Positions 1-13,531 of a stretch of 64,000 bases of DNA are shown here, piece by piece. How positions within the stretch are numbered: position 1 is the first letter of the stretch; every line of letters begins with the position of its first letter. A model generated the notes under the pieces. The model was not told the origin of the DNA and did not search any database. It saw only the letters and a program-made list of their open reading frames with translations. The DNA comes from Glaucostegus cemiculus (Eukaryota), in assembly GCA_976551045.1 (NCBI GenBank), contig CDPCPM010000073.1, positions 27,218,001-27,282,000 on the forward strand. Reading direction: 5' to 3'. The position numbers were made by a program, and so were the translations under genes.

Positions 1-1459
1 AAACAATGACGCTCCATCAATCCACAAAAGGTGAAGATAATTTGATTCTCAATCCTTAGCACACCTTGCCTTGTACGAGGGTTCTCAGTTGAAAACTGGA
101 GGACCTTGGCTGCTGACTGTTGTAGGCACATGACATAAGTGGTTCATTATCATGTGAAATTCATGCAATTTGGTATAAGGGGCAATACTGTCGAAAAGAA
201 GAACTCCAATCCCTTGTAATTTGTCCCCTGTTGACAGTGTTGTTAGTAGCATCAACACATTCTACTCTATCTTTGATAATTTATTCCTTTGACTTTAAAG
301 CAATGAATTTCAGAGCCAGAATAAATCGTGCTTTTACATACATACATTTGCCACTCACGACAGGGAATTAATTTCTAGGGAATAAAAGCTTCTGATCATT
401 GCCATGCTCCAGTGCAGGGCCAAAAGACTGATGCTTTGTCATTTGGATACACATCTGATCCCTCAGGTAGGCACAAAAGATTTGGAGGTACCAGCAAGAG
501 GAAGAGTAGAGGGATCTCCCCAATATCCTGGACACTATTTAAACACTGTGGTCACCCAAGATCCTGTGCATTGAGCTGTATTGACAACAAATATGGTGCA
601 ATTCCAAACAATACCATTTGGCATTATACAGTGCTAATGACTAATATATAATAAAAAAAGGAGAGCAGCTCATAATAGATTACATATATTAAAATACCTG
701 ATGACGAATCAGGACTTTGTATTGTTTCTACATGTTTAGATCAATTGAATAGTGCCATTACAATAATCCCCAAATCCGCAATGCGTTTCCTGCACTGGAA
801 AAAGTGACCGGATTTCAAAGCAATAAAGCTCTGTTTCTAGACAAGGAGAAAATTCAGAAGGAATTTTATGCTCTTAACATATTGCTTTTGCCACTGGAAG
901 CTACTGTGGCAGGCACCAGAACATATTTTAAGAATAAACAACTGAGGCAGAGGAAGATAATGGATAATGGGGAAAAGGGCAGGGCAGTGGAATTTGACTT
1001 GGAATGATTAAGCAGACAATAGATACAAATGTGATGGGCTTGTGTGTGGCTCAGTGATCCCTAATGCACTATATTAGAAGCACAAGCTGATGCTCAATCT
1101 ACTAACATTGATAGGTCACATTTCGGCTTATAGATGCCTCTGTATATCCACAGAAAGTATCTTCATCTCTTTGCAGAAAACAAAAATATTGAGAGAAATC
1201 AGAAACTGTAACAGAGTTTAATGCTGAGTGGACAAGAAATACAGATGAAAAGAAAACTGGTAACGAAGAAAGAGTATTAGGCTGTCTGGTGCTGACTGTA
1301 CTCAATTTTTACTACCTAACAAATTTAATTTGTTTGAATAGAATTGTTCAAAAGAAAAAATATTTAAACCATTAAAGTGTAACAGCATTGCAGCAGTCAC
1401 AAATTAGCATTGTCTTCTTCTATTCTTCCTTTCATTAAATGTTATATGTCACAAGGTAG

Positions 1460-1556
1460 ATCTGATGAAAGGTCATCAACCTATAATGTTAACTCCTTTT
1501 CCCTCTCTGTAGATGCTGCCTGACCCCTTGTGCATTTCCAGCATTTTCTGTTTATA
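1460..1556 (+). mobile_element. Penelope-like terminal fragment, degenerate
   Basis: CTGATGAAAGGTC...AGATGCTGCCTGACC...TTTCCAGCATTTTCTGTTT. The same motif family recurs at ~7025, 14865, 44305, 50060, 55745 and 62100. Confidence 0.55.
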
Positions 1557-2529
1557 TCTAGCAAACTAGAACTGCGACAAGATTATATAGTGGCGTGACT
1601 ATGTTGCAATATTCTTTAAGTATTAAGCATTTAGAAATAATGCAAGGATCAATTAAATCAAATCTTGTGCTATAACAGGAGCCTATCTCAGAATGCTGCG
1701 GGTGGCTTTCAAAGCATTTCAATTTATTTGTCTGCGTTTGGTAAGTTGACGAGATGAACAAGCTGGAAACAAAGTGCCTCTGCAGAGAACTAATAGACCT
1801 GCCGAGTCTTCAAGCTGCCTAGTCAGCTGGGGCTCCCCAAGAAACTGATAGAGTTGTGTAGAAAAATTATTGCCTACTAATTGGCTAAGCTTCCTGGGCC
1901 TTAACGCTCCTGTCAACAATACTAAGCTATGTGATAGAGCTGTCATACATGTTCAACTTCCCAGTTTAATATGGTTCTTGGAGGTAATCTGCTGTGCTCA
2001 GTAGTTGCTGAAACTCAAACAGTAATATGGATGGAAGCCACTTTGAGAGAATGCCATCTATCCAGGTGCATAACACTCCCACTGTTACCAGATTGCTCTA
2101 ACATAAAGTACTCAACTTTTAAAAGCCCAATATTGGACAATGTTCGGGAGATTTCATCAAGTGACCTACCTCCAATCACTGTCACCCTGCAACTTGCCAT
2201 TGGCAACACTACATATCCATCTGCACAGCATATGGTCTTTTCACCAATCGGGGGAAAACAAATAAACTTCATCCAATATGAAAAAAATTTGCCCATCAGG
2301 CAAAGCTCCTTTTCCATTACTTATTTATAAATAAACAAATCTATTCAAAGACAAAGAAATGCACACAATTATTTTAATGCCCCTATGACTTTTTCCCCCC
2401 AGGTGTGACAATATTTTGGAGATTAAAGCTTAATTCATGGAGTCTGCTTGCATCAGTGGTCTCTGAGCCAGATGTTTCTGAATTCTTTCACTCCAGCAAC
2501 TATGCTGCTACATTGACTATGTGTGGTGC

Positions 2530-2750
2530 TGCAGGAGCGCTGGGCTGTCAGAGGTGCCTCCCCTTGGATGAAACTTGCCCCATCTATTCTCCAGTGAAAA
2601 TAGTAGACACTAAAGGAGCCATTTTTTGTTCAGAAGTACAGGGCAATAATCCTCATTATCCTGACCAAAAATTCAGTGAAAGAATCAGTGATGATTTGGA
2701 GCTCAGCATTCGAGAATGCACATACATGTCTGTTGTGGCTGTAAGGTAAC
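2530..2750 (+). mobile_element. Old SINE fragment (DeuSINE/SacSINE-like)
   Basis: Degenerate similarity to segments at ~24400-24610, 14200-14350, 17560-17717 and 51310-51480. Confidence 0.4.
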
Positions 2751-2854
2751 ACAACAACTGGACACAAGAAAATAGGAGCAGGAGTAGGTCGTTAGACCCC
2801 TCACCACTGATCTACGCTGGCCTCAACATAGCAGTTTGGTTAATAGTCGTCTTG

Positions 2855-3258
2855 GTGTAGCGGCCAGCATAATCAAAGACCCCACCCATCCAGAACATTC
2901 CTCTTCTCTCCTCTTCCATTGGGTAGAAGATACAGGTGCCCGAGGGCACGTACCACCAGACTTAAGGACAGCTTCTACCCCACTGTGATAAGACTATTGA
3001 ATGGTTCCCTTATACAATGAGATGGCCTATGACCTCACGATCTACCTTTTGTGACCTTGCACCTTCTTGCACTACACTTTCTTTGTAGCTGTGACACTTT
3101 ACTCTGTACTGTTATTGTTTTTACTGTATTACATCAATGCACTTCGTACTAACAATGTAACTGCACTGTGTAATGAATTGACCTGTATGATCGGTTTGTA
3201 AGACAAGCTTTTCACTGTAGCTCAGTACAAGTGACAATAATAAAGCAATCCCAATAAT
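2855..3258 (+). mobile_element. Rex1/Babar-like LINE 3' end
   Basis: Encodes ASIIKDPTHP..LPLGRRYR..RTTRLKDSFYP. 3' UTR ends GTGACAATAATAAA. Close sister copy at 55030-55330. Confidence 0.8.
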
Positions 3259-4214
3259 CATGGAGGAGTTGACAAGGGTTGAACAGCTTTCCTCTCATCC
3301 TGTAAGATTAACTCCACTCTAGTGGAGACCTTTTTGGAGATGAAGTGCATCACAGCAGAACAAAAGACTGAGTAAGTGGTTGGTGTTATGACAAAGCCTT
3401 GCTTGTCCCTGCCCCACACCTTGCATGGATTATCCAGGATCATATTGAATAGCGGTGCAGCCTTGCAGGGTGTGGTGACCGACTCCTGCTCCTATTTTCT
3501 GGTATCCTCATGTTCCTCACTCAGATTATGTATATGGTACACCTATTGGTTAGGATCATAGCTTGCAGATCATTATGTAGCAATAGAGAATAGTAACTGA
3601 TTTTTATTTGTAAAGAATTCTCTATAATCCGTGACATTTAAGGTTTTTGTTAGACCAAAGAAAGAACATGGAGAGTGGTTGGTGCTGCTCTCTACGTTTT
3701 CCTTGGATCTGTCATGCAGCAAGGATCACGTCCATTACACCACTCGATGAACGAAGTCTGCACTGCAACTTCAGGTCGAGTTGTCTGGCTATTGGTGGAG
3801 ATGGTTCAGGAGGATTCTTGCAATGGCTTTTCTGTATCTGACTGTACTTGTATATACCACAGGGAGCAGCCAAGCTCCAAGTCATCATCGATTCCAAATG
3901 ATTCATTCACTGAAGTGAACAAGAGACGGGCCATAAGCTAAACATCTTCATGAGAGAAGTCCTCCAGAGGCTGCCACCATCGAACAACACCATTCCCAAC
4001 ACAATGAGAACCTGAACTACTTAGATCACTGTTGGCACCCCGTTCTCAAGGAAGGCAGATATTGACTCCTCTGGTGCACCAGCACAATTTTTAGCCACCA
4101 AGGAAAAGAGTGCTCAAAAACCAAGACCACAAATGCAGCACTGAGCTCATGCTTTACTGAGCAGCATTAATCCATGACCCTGTGTTTTTTTTTTGAGAGA
4201 CAGACAACTTACAG

Positions 4215-4535
4215 TAGGCACCTCAATACACTGCGAGCTTCACAGAGCTGTCTCTGCAAAATCCTCCAAATCCACCAACAAGAAAGGTGGACCAATGTCC
4301 TCTCCCAAACTAACATCCCCATCACTGAAGATTTGATCACACTGTGATGAACAGGCCATAGAGCCCAGTCCACTAAATAGACCCCAGACTCCTGAAAAAA
4401 GTACTCTACCCTGAGCTCCATCACGCCAAGACATTTCTAGCATAGTAAAGATGCTCTCAGAGTCTCCTTGAAGAAAAAAATATCCACACCAACTCACAGA
4501 CACTAACCGCACAAAGTATCCAGGAAGGTACTAAG
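4215..4535 (+). mobile_element. RTE-clade LINE fragment, degenerate
   Basis: Plus-strand remnant ..CLCKILQIHQQERWTNVLSQTNIPITEDLITL resembles the RTE/BovB ORF C-terminus. Confidence 0.6.
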
Positions 4536-4828
4536 CAACTCAAGTCTCACTGATAGGAGTACTTGAAGATCAATGTATCGAAGAATTCAATTGTGTACAT
4601 CTGTATTGCCTGAAGTAGGACACGAGTCAATGATATTTGCCTCAAGAGTCATGACATTACTCCAATCAACAAAAGTTATCCAGTATTAATTTTAAGATCA
4701 ACTTCATGTAAATTGAATACTCCATTCTCATAAAGCCAGCTTGGATCTTCCACATATTCAGTTGAAAGCTATGTTATGAGTGTAGATACTTAACCAAGTA
4801 TGGTACATGCTGGTAAAAAAAAATTAAA

Positions 4829-4887
4829 AATATGAAGTTCTGGAAACAGAATATGAAGTTCTGGAAAAAAAGGAATATGAAGTTCTG
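4829..4887 (+). repeat. Three tandem copies of AATATGAAGTTCTG
   Basis: Exact 14-mer at 4829, 4850 and 4874. Confidence 0.9.
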
Positions 4888-5404
4888 TTTTAAATTACAA
4901 CAGAAGAACTTTTCAGAAAAGAGCGCAACACACTGGAGTTTCTGATCTTCTGCATTTAGCAGACAAGTATTAAAAGCTGGAATAAATGACAGTGATAAAG
5001 TGAATGGAGAGGCATTGTGGAGCCAAATGAAACCTCAAGTCTGGCTGCAATGAACAGTGCTTTATTAGATCTCATTGTTAACAGCTTGAGTACTAAGAAA
5101 GCAATAAAAATTACACTTTGCCAAAAACAGCTAACAAATAGAATGTGTGTTTACAGCCACTGACGCAAAAATATCCCCTGCCATTTGCCTATTAAATTAT
5201 CTGCAGAGTACGATAGAGCTTTATTTGCATTACCTTTAAAAGAAAGAAAAGCTTAATACTACATGTGAACTGATAGACCTAATTGAACTAATCAAACTAG
5301 TATTTATATTTTAACATACAACTAAATTTAACAATTGTTCTTCTTATTTCTCCTCATCCCAAACTAAAGACTTATTAACTACCACCTTAAGGATACAGTA
5401 GCAT

Positions 5405-6111
5405 TGTGCGCCAGGTTGGATCGGCAGTAAGGAAAGCGAATGCTATGTTGGCATTTATTTCGAGGGGTATAGTATATAAAAGCAAGGAAGTGTTGATGAG
5501 GCTATACGGGGCACTGGTGAGGCCTCACTTGGAGTACTGTGTGCAGTTTTGGGCCCCATACCTTAGGAAGGATGTGCTGATGTTGGAGAGGGTTCAGAGG
5601 AGATTTACTAGGATGATTCCTGGGATGAAAAAGTTTACATATGACGAGCGACTGTCGTCACTTGGACTGTACTCGTTGGAGTACAGAAGAATGAGAGGGG
5701 ACCTAATAGAAACGTACAGGATGTTGAAAGGAATGGACCAAGTGAATGTGGTCAAGCTGTTTCCCTTGGTGGGGGAATCCAGGACAAGAGGACACAAACT
5801 TAGAATTAGAAGAAGCAGGTTCATAACAGAGATAAGGAGGAATTTCTTTAGCCAGAGGGTGGTGAACCTGTGGAACTCCTTACCACAGAGAGCAGTGGAA
5901 GCCAGATCATTGGGGATATTCAAGAAGGAAATAGATAGATATCTAATTGGTCAAGGTATCAAGGGATATGGAGATAAGGCAGGGATTTGGACTTAGAATA
6001 GTAGGTTTTTTTTTTCCCCCCCCCACCTTCCCTTCCCTTTGGAGCAGACTCGATGGGCCGACTGGCCTGCTTCTGCTCCATTGTCTTGTGATCTTGTGAT
6101 CTTGTGATCTT
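5405..6111 (+). mobile_element. 5'-truncated young CR1 LINE (ORF2 C-terminus, 3' UTR, 8-mer tail)
   Basis: 196 open codons with LVRPHLEYCVQFWAP, LERVQRRFTRMIPG and FFSQRVVNLWNSLP. 3' hairpin GGAGCAGA...TCTGCTCC. Tail of (TCTTGTGA)3. Confidence 0.93.
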
Positions 6112-6314
6112 ATGTAACTGAAAGACTAAGCCAATTTTCTATGCAGAAGGGAACTCAAGGTGGACCACCAAACATTGGCCTTCCTAGCCCCACAAAATCA
6201 GGCCTGACACATTTCAGAAATAACACAGAAATTAGATTTGATTAAGGCATGAAAGACCAGTTGGACGAAGAATTAGAAACAGGAGTACATTATACCTCAA
6301 AAGGAGACCAATGG

Positions 6315-6495
6315 CCACTGTAAATTGCTCTCAGTGTATAGGTGAGTGGTAGAATCTGGGGAGGAGTTGATGGGAATGAGGGGAGAGTAAAAGGGGATTA
6401 ACATAGGATTAGTGTATATAGCTGCATTAATGTTGATGCAAGCTCAGTGGGCTGTAGGGCCTGTTTCTGTGCAGCATCTCTATGAGTCTATGTAA
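6315..6495 (+). mobile_element. V-SINE (HE1-like) 3' half with CR1-type tail
   Basis: GGCCACTGTAAATTGC..GTGGTAGAATCTGG..GGGCTGTAGGGCCTGTTTCTGTGC. Similar to 26385-26700. Confidence 0.6.
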
Positions 6496-7334
6496 AAATA
6501 ACCTAAGATCATACCTTTTTTATGTGCAATCATCAGAATTTCCCAGATGGTACCCATGTTGAAGTTACACAGAAAATTGTGCCAGGTTCTGTGTCAGTAT
6601 CACAGAAAGGATTTTATGGGTAAATTTAGCACACTTTTCTCTGCACAATAATGAGAACAACAGCTAAAACAATATAGCAATAGCAACATAGATTGCAGTG
6701 ATTCATTTCAGCTTTTTACTCTCATAGCTACATCATTATGCAAATCAGGGGTATTCACACTGTGAAGTTTATCTGGTGAAAATAATGTGTCTTGGGTTGG
6801 CAGGGAAAAATGGACAGCATTGGATAATCCCCTAATATTAAATATTAAACTGTAAGAAACAATTCCACTAGCAGCAATTTCACAAATTGACTATTGATTA
6901 ACTTGTGTAACAGGTAGCTGATGAGAAACCTCTTGTGCTCAGCCCATGGTAAATTTCTACGTCTTTAGTTGTTTAATCCTTCTAAACATAGCAAGGAGAG
7001 GTCTTGATCGTTCCGATGATCTTTCATTGTGATGAAAGACCATCGGACTGAATCAGTATCTCTCCACCATCAGACTCACAGAGTATTTAAAACACTTTGT
7101 TTTCATGTCTGAAAATCTCATTTGCACTATGGCCAATGTCCATGTACAGTGCACATCTAACACTGCTAAAGGTCAAACTGTATAAATCCTTGTTACACCA
7201 ATACCAGTTGACTTCAGGCTGTTCTATGTCTAAATTAATGTAGGTTTAAAACCTATGCCACCTTGTGATTTGTGTAAATCCATGAAAGCTTGTTGTACAG
7301 ATAATGCCATGAATTGTACTTACTTTCGGGTGCA

Positions 7335-7645
7335 TTTTCATAGTGGTTAAATTACTGGACCAGCAGCTGGAGTTCTGGATTATTGATTCAAAGACAAGTT
7401 CAACTCCCAATATGGCAACCGGGAAAATAAATTGAAATAATGAACTAAACCTGGAATTTAATGAAAGGTAATCTCAGTGATCGGTAAATCTGCTGGATTA
7501 TTGCAAAAACCCATCCAGATCACATGGAAGGAAATCTGTTCACCTTATCTGGTATTGCTTACATGGGAGCCCAGATCATTGACTTTTAACGGCTTCCTTG
7601 TTTCAGGGGAATGCTGGCATTGTCCGTGACATCCACAATAAACAA
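7335..7645 (+). mobile_element. tRNA-derived SINE, old
   Basis: A-box-like TAGTGGTTA and B-box-like GTTCAACTCC. Body similar to 12920-13210 and 21715-21860. Confidence 0.6.
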
Positions 7646-7994
7646 ATACACCTTGGTCAGTTGTTAATTGCAGCACAGGAGGAGTATTGAACAAGATGGA
7701 GGTCAGATGCCAGCATATCTGCCCTCTTGCTTTGCTACTGGAATCACCAACAAATCCAAGGGCAGTTGCATTTACACTTCACATCCAGCCCTTCAGCTTT
7801 AAACCAACCATGACTGCCAGATCTACCATGGCCTCCTTATTTTGAATGGGGTCATTGACCTTTATTAAAGAGTTTTTTTTCTTTTTCTTTATTTCACTTA
7901 CATTTTTAATTAACAGTATTTACATGTATTTTATCTATTTTAATTTTGTTTTACCACTAATTAAATTTCATCTGATGGTTCCCACATTATGTTA

Positions 7995-8400
7995 TGACAT
8001 AGGAGACAATTTGGTCCATCAAGTCCAAGCCAGCTCTCAAAGCGATCCCATTAATTCCATTCCCATATTTTCTTGCCTCTGTAACCTACTGGGTCTTGCA
8101 TGCCTATCAACTTGCTTCTGATTTGCATACCTCCCATTGACACTGGGGGTAACTTTGCATAACCATCAACCCACCAACCAGCACATCTTTGGAACATAGC
8201 AGGAAACAAGCGCAACTGGGGAAACCCGTGCAGTCACAGAAAGAACTTGCAAATTCCACACTGGCAGCATCAGAGGTCAGGATTGAACCTGGGTTGCTGA
8301 GGGGAAATCCAAGCAGTCGCAGGGAAAACCTGCAAATTGCTACACAGTGAGCTTCAGAAATCAGGATCGAACCTGGGTTGCCAAGGCACCACTGCCCTCT
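7995..8400 (-). mobile_element. V-SINE-like element with a duplicated head segment
   Basis: Minus strand shows the B-box GGTTC(A/G)ATCC twice, in two tandem units of about 85 bp at ~8218-8385. Confidence 0.6.
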
Positions 8401-8412
8401 GCATAGATGTAC

Positions 8413-8700
8413 ATACAAGTCCTCCCCAAGTTATAAGCACTTGACTTATGAACGATCCATCCATACAAATGAGTATTTGGAAACTGGCGGGATGGATCTG
8501 CTGCGGAACTGCTGGTATCTTCTGTTGTGTGGGAACTTGGTTCACGGGAATAGCCAAATGGTTGAGTTAAACACCCTGTTTTATCTACACGTGTCCCCTG
8601 GTTGGGCTGTGCTTTTATTTAAATATATGGTTGGGCAACCGCATTTCCTACTTGGGAATGGCTCAGGTTACAAACAGTTCTCAGGAGGGAGGAACTAGTG
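8413..8700. mobile_element. Tigger/pogo-like MITE, degenerate
   Basis: Starts TACAAGTCCTCCCCAAGTTATAA. Internal similarity to 12340-12740. Confidence 0.55.
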
Positions 8701-9644
8701 AAAAGCCCTTTCTTTGATAGCACAAAGTGAGGAATGGTCCTCTGGGTAGTCTGGGAGTAGGGGTTCATGATCTGCCACCTGAGGCCTAGTTGCAACTCCC
8801 AGGTAGCTTTGCTTCATGGGATGGCTGCAGCAGCAAGGCCTCAGGGATGTCGGGAGCCATGCAAGTTGTCTTCAATGTACGTTGGGCTAATGACCTACAA
8901 AGGGTATCTCAGAATCAGAACAAGGGTGAAATTGGCTAAAGAAAAATCACATATGATGGTTTTCGCAAACTTTTCTAGCCATTATGTAAAATCTAATTTG
9001 TGCAAAATGTTATTATTTTGCTGGTGGATCTACTTTACCATTGACATTCTTGGTCATGACATTCGTGGTTCAGGAGTAATAGCATACAGTTTAGCTTGTT
9101 ACGCTGGCTTACTTCTTTGAAAAGGTTGCTCAGAACATGCAAACGGTGGTACCTATAACTGCTCAAAAACTGCTAAAGATAGTTATAACTTTAAATTGAA
9201 CGCTACATTTCAATGACTGGCTTTTTTTTAAGGTTATGCATCACAACAATTAGATTTCTGCTATTCTACACTAAGAAATATGGTTCATAAAAGTAATGAG
9301 GAGTAATATACATAAAATGATATAGTCACTTTGCTGAATTTACCTTTGATCTGATGACATTATTTTGTTGAAAAATGGCTAAATTTTTAGTTATCTAATG
9401 ATTGCATATGATGCAAAGCTGAACATCGGAGCTTACCAGCCCTTACGGCTGCCAGCCCCAACATATAAACTCCACTGGCAAAATTCAAAACCAGAATGCT
9501 CTATAATGATAATCAAGGGATTTCACGCATACTATGGATTTTCCCCCCAAGTGTTTTAACAGGGTATTTCAAAAGTTGTAATGTGTTACGGGTGGGGAGC
9601 ATTGAAGGTACAACCATGGGGTTCAGATACACCAATGATTTTTT

Positions 9645-10440
9645 TAAATCATTCATTCATTCAAGGGACGTGGGCTTCACAGGCTGAGCCAGCATTTAAT
9701 TACCCATCCCTAACTGCCCTTGAGAAGGTAGTGAGCTGCCACAGTCTGGGTTGTGGGTATACCCACAATACTGTTCAGGGAGGGAGTTCCAGGATTTTGA
9801 CCCAGCGACAGTGAGGGAACAGTGATATATTTCCAAGTCAGGATGATGAGTGGCTCAGAGGGAACTTCCAGGTAGTGGTGTTCCCATGCTGTTGCTGCCC
9901 TCATCCTTCCAGCTGGTAGAAGTCATGGGTTTGGAAGGTGCTGTCTAAGGACTCTTGGTGAGCTGCTGCAGTGCATCCTGTTGACGAATGAACTGCTGCT
10001 ACTGTGCATTAGAGGTGGAGTGAGAGTGTGGTTGTGGATGGAGTGCTATGTCCTGTATGGTGTCGAGTTTCTTGAATGTTGTTAAAGCTGCATTCATCCA
10101 GACAAGAAGAGCATTTCATCATACTCCACATTTAAGCCTTATAAATGCTAGACAGGCTTCTGGGAGTTCAGAGGCAAGTTACTTGCTGCAGGATTCCTAG
10201 CCTTTGACCTGCTCTTATAGCCACATTATGTATATTGCTACTCCAGTTTCTGGTCAATGGTAATACCAGCGGTGGGGGTTCAGTGATGGTAATGCCATTG
10301 AATGTCAGGGGATGATAGCTGGATTTTCTCCTGTTGGATATCGTCATAACCTGGCACTTAGGTGGCAAGTAACATACATGCCACACATCAGCCCAGGCCT
10401 GGATAGTGGCCAGGTCAAGCCGCATTTGGATGTGGACTAT
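9645..10440 (-). mobile_element. L2/CR1-group LINE 3' region, degenerate
   Basis: Minus-strand remnant DLATIQAWADVW..KCQVMTIS..PLTFNGITI..AGQRLGIL. Its 3' end matches the plus-strand copy at ~13960-14175. Confidence 0.75.
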
Positions 10441-11684
10441 TATTTGAGGATAGTTTAAGTGAGGGTTTGTCCAACATGGAGAGGGGTCGTTTCAAGGTTC
10501 CAAGTGCAACAAGTTGGGAAGAGGTGCAGATGGGGCAAACCACCTGCAAAGACGTTGGGTCAAATGGTTATGCTGTACACAGCGTGTTTAATTATTTTAT
10601 AATCCAATTACGTGTTATTAAGTATAGACAACCGCACCCTTGAAGAATACATGACTTTACTAACTCTTACTTTTTGAATTCGTGCACACATATTAGAGAA
10701 ATTCAGGATCACAAACAAACACCCATAATTTCCATCCAGTTTAAATCACTTTGCCACTATAATTACAGACAGAACATGATGATATCGTTATTACATGCAA
10801 TTCTGGCAGAAAACCACAGAATGATGTTTATTTCCAGGCACAACACCAACTCAAACATTGCAGAGATTTTCAGACTGTTGTTTCCCATCCAATGCTAAAG
10901 TGGGTAAGTGCATACCTCTCAGGCTAGTGCAATGTCACAAATCTGGTTCTCCCAACCGCATCCACAGTTCACGTAATGAAGAAATAAATGTATTGGTAAA
11001 GGATTTCAAGGATCAGTCATCACTGCCCTAACACCATGTGTGAGCAGTAAAACAGCAAAGCAGGCATGGTAAAAATACCCATCAGCATCTATGCTGCATG
11101 ACTGCAAAAATCTCAAGGTTTACTAATAACAGTTTGCTTATAGCACATTGGTGCGATTATAAAAAGCTCTGGCAATCTCAACTCCATCGATTGCATTTCC
11201 TGCTGATTTGCATTTTTGGTGAGGATTTGCCCAGGGTTCTTTTTAATCCCAATTCCAAAGAAAACACATTATGTAGTAAAACTCAAGGCCCTCACAGACT
11301 TTGTTTTCTGCTAATCATTTTTCCTGAAGCACTTGGCTGTGAAATGAAAGCTTTGATGCCCGTTACCTTTTGGAATACAGCCACTAGCTGTAATACTTTA
11401 GCTTGTTAGACAGGAGCTGGCAGAAATCCAAGCTCTTTCATCCCTCCCCTTGTTTGGGGGAATGTCAAGGTTTCAGGCTGTCATTAACCAAACACACCCA
11501 ACACTGTGGCTGTTCTGCAAGTTGCGATGTTCTGGATAATGCTGCATCACTTATCAGTTTGATTACTAGGTTGGGCACTCACCAACTCTTTCCCACTTTA
11601 TATCCCCACCAGTCCTTTCATTCTATTGAACAAAGGACTGATAAAATGCAGCTTTCCATTACATTTCTGTACAAGCTCCTCTCT

Positions 11685-12297
11685 AAGTTCCTGGGTGTCA
11701 ACATCTCCAAGGCTCTATCCTGGGCCCAACACATTGATGCAATCTTGAAGAAGTCATGCCAGCAGCTCTACTTCATTAAGAGTTTGAGGAGATTTGGTAT
11801 GTCACCAAAGACTCCTGCAAATTTCTATAGGCGTACGGTAGAGAGCATTCTGACTGGTTGCATCACAGCCTGGTATGGAGGCTCCAATGTGCAGGATCGC
11901 AAGAGACTGCAGAGGGTTGTAGACTCAGCCGGCTCCATCACGAGCACTGTGCTCCCCACCATCAAGGACATCTTCAACAGGCAGTGCCTCAAGGCGACAG
12001 CATCCGTTATTAAGGACCCTCACCATCCGGGACATTCCCTCTTCACGTTACTATCATCAGGGGAGGTGGTACAGGAGCCTGAAGACCCACACTGAATGAT
12101 TCAGCAACAGCTTCTTCCCCTCTACCATCAGAGGACTGAATGGTCCATGAATCCATGAACACAACCTCATTATTCCATTTTTTGTACTGTTTATTTTGTA
12201 ATTTATAGTCGTTTTATGTCTTTGCACTGTACTGCTACCACAAAACAACAAATTTCACAACATATAAGTCAGTGATAATAAATCAGATTCTGATTCT
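11685..12297 (+). mobile_element. Rex1/Babar-like LINE 3' fragment
   Basis: KFLGVNISKALSW..LRRFGMSPKT..ESILTGCITAWYG..IKDPHHPGH. Tail GATTCTGATTCT. Confidence 0.88.
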
Positions 12298-12337
12298 ACA
12301 GCTCACCCCTCAAACCAATATGGACATACCTGTGACC

Positions 12338-12740
12338 CATCACCTCCCCAGGTGATGAACACCTGGCTTATGGGCACCCCATATACGTGAACGAGCATTT
12401 GGAACACCGGTGGGTTGGATGGGGATGGATTTGCTGGCTGCAGGCATCTCCTGGGTGGGAACGAGGCATTTCTGCATACCTTCTGTCCCCCCACCAACCT
12501 GACCCTCCCGAGCCACAACAACCAGGGGCTGGATCAAGCCCAAGCAGAGCTGGAAGCACTGAGCAGATTCACTTGCTCACTGGGTCGGCGAGGCCAGCTG
12601 CTCTTCTCACTCTCCTGTCACAGCTGTTTCTGTGATCCTCTCTCACACAAAGTTTTTGTCCAATTCCACCCTACAAGCAGTTCATATTATGAACAATTCT
12701 CAGGAACAGAACCCTGTCAAGACCTGGGAACTGCCTGCAA
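12338..12740. mobile_element. Tigger/pogo-like MITE
   Basis: Left end CTCCCCAGGTGATGAAC and right end ACCTGGGAACTGCCTGCA form imperfect TIRs. Confidence 0.55.
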
Positions 12741-12919
12741 TGCACATGTGTGCACTATTTACTGTTAATTAACTCAATCAAGCAACATTCAAGTTAAAAC
12801 TTAGTGATAAAGAACAGAAGTAAACTTTAAAAAAAACAGCATTTGTCTACACTACTCTAGCCTTTTTTAAGTGAGGAAATCTGTAAAGAAAGACTTACAT
12901 TTATAGTTAGCTGCTCACT

Positions 12920-13210
12920 TTAATGGTAGAAGGGTTATTACTGGTCAAATAATCCAGAGTTTTGCACTAACAATCCAAAGACCTGAGTTCAAATCCCACC
13001 ACAGTGGCTGTGGAACTTAGATTCAGTTAATCAGCAATTTTAGAAAAAGAAATACTATATAGTCATCAGTACTGAGGAAGATCATGAAGCCACCAGATAT
13101 TCAGAACAGCCCACCTGGTCCTCAAATGCCCTTGTGGGGAGGAAATCTGCCATCCTAATCTAGTCTGGTCTGTTTGTGACTCCAGATCCATTGATGTAGT
13201 TCACTCAAAG
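12920..13210 (+). mobile_element. tRNA-derived SINE
   Basis: B-box GAGTTCAAATCCC. Body shared with 7335-7645. Confidence 0.65.
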
Positions 13211-13248
13211 CCCACTACTGTTGCTTCAGCTAGTGTTCATAGATTCAT

Positions 13249-13267
13249 ACACACACACACACACACT
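13249..13267. repeat. (AC)n microsatellite
   Basis: About 9 AC units read directly. Confidence 0.85.
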
Positions 13268-13464
13268 AGTTGATTTCATCCACAAGTCAGAAAATACACA
13301 AACAAAAATCCACGATAAGTTAAACATACCTCCAGGGTATTGCAATGAATGGCATTAGAAGCACACAAGACTGATAAGAAAGAACAATTACAAGTGGAGA
13401 GAGGAAACTACTGCCATTTATAGGAACGAATGTTTGTATGTTTGACTTTTGAATTAGACAATAT

Positions 13465-13531
13465 TATGGGGGCTTGTTCATATATAAGGGTGCCCATAAG
13501 TGGGAGCTCGTAACTTGGGGATGGCCTGTAC
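13465..13531. mobile_element. Right terminus of a Tigger-like DNA transposon
   Basis: Ends GTAACTTGGGGATGGCCTG-TA. The reverse complement matches 12340-12396 over about 55 bp. Confidence 0.6.

Noticed and set aside
4829-4887. CRISPR-like repeat array
   Set aside because: 14-bp repeats with 7-10 nt A-rich gaps in eukaryotic DNA; simple slippage duplication.
11403-12095. 230-aa ORF as a host gene
   Set aside because: Chance upstream frame fused to a Rex/Babar LINE remnant.
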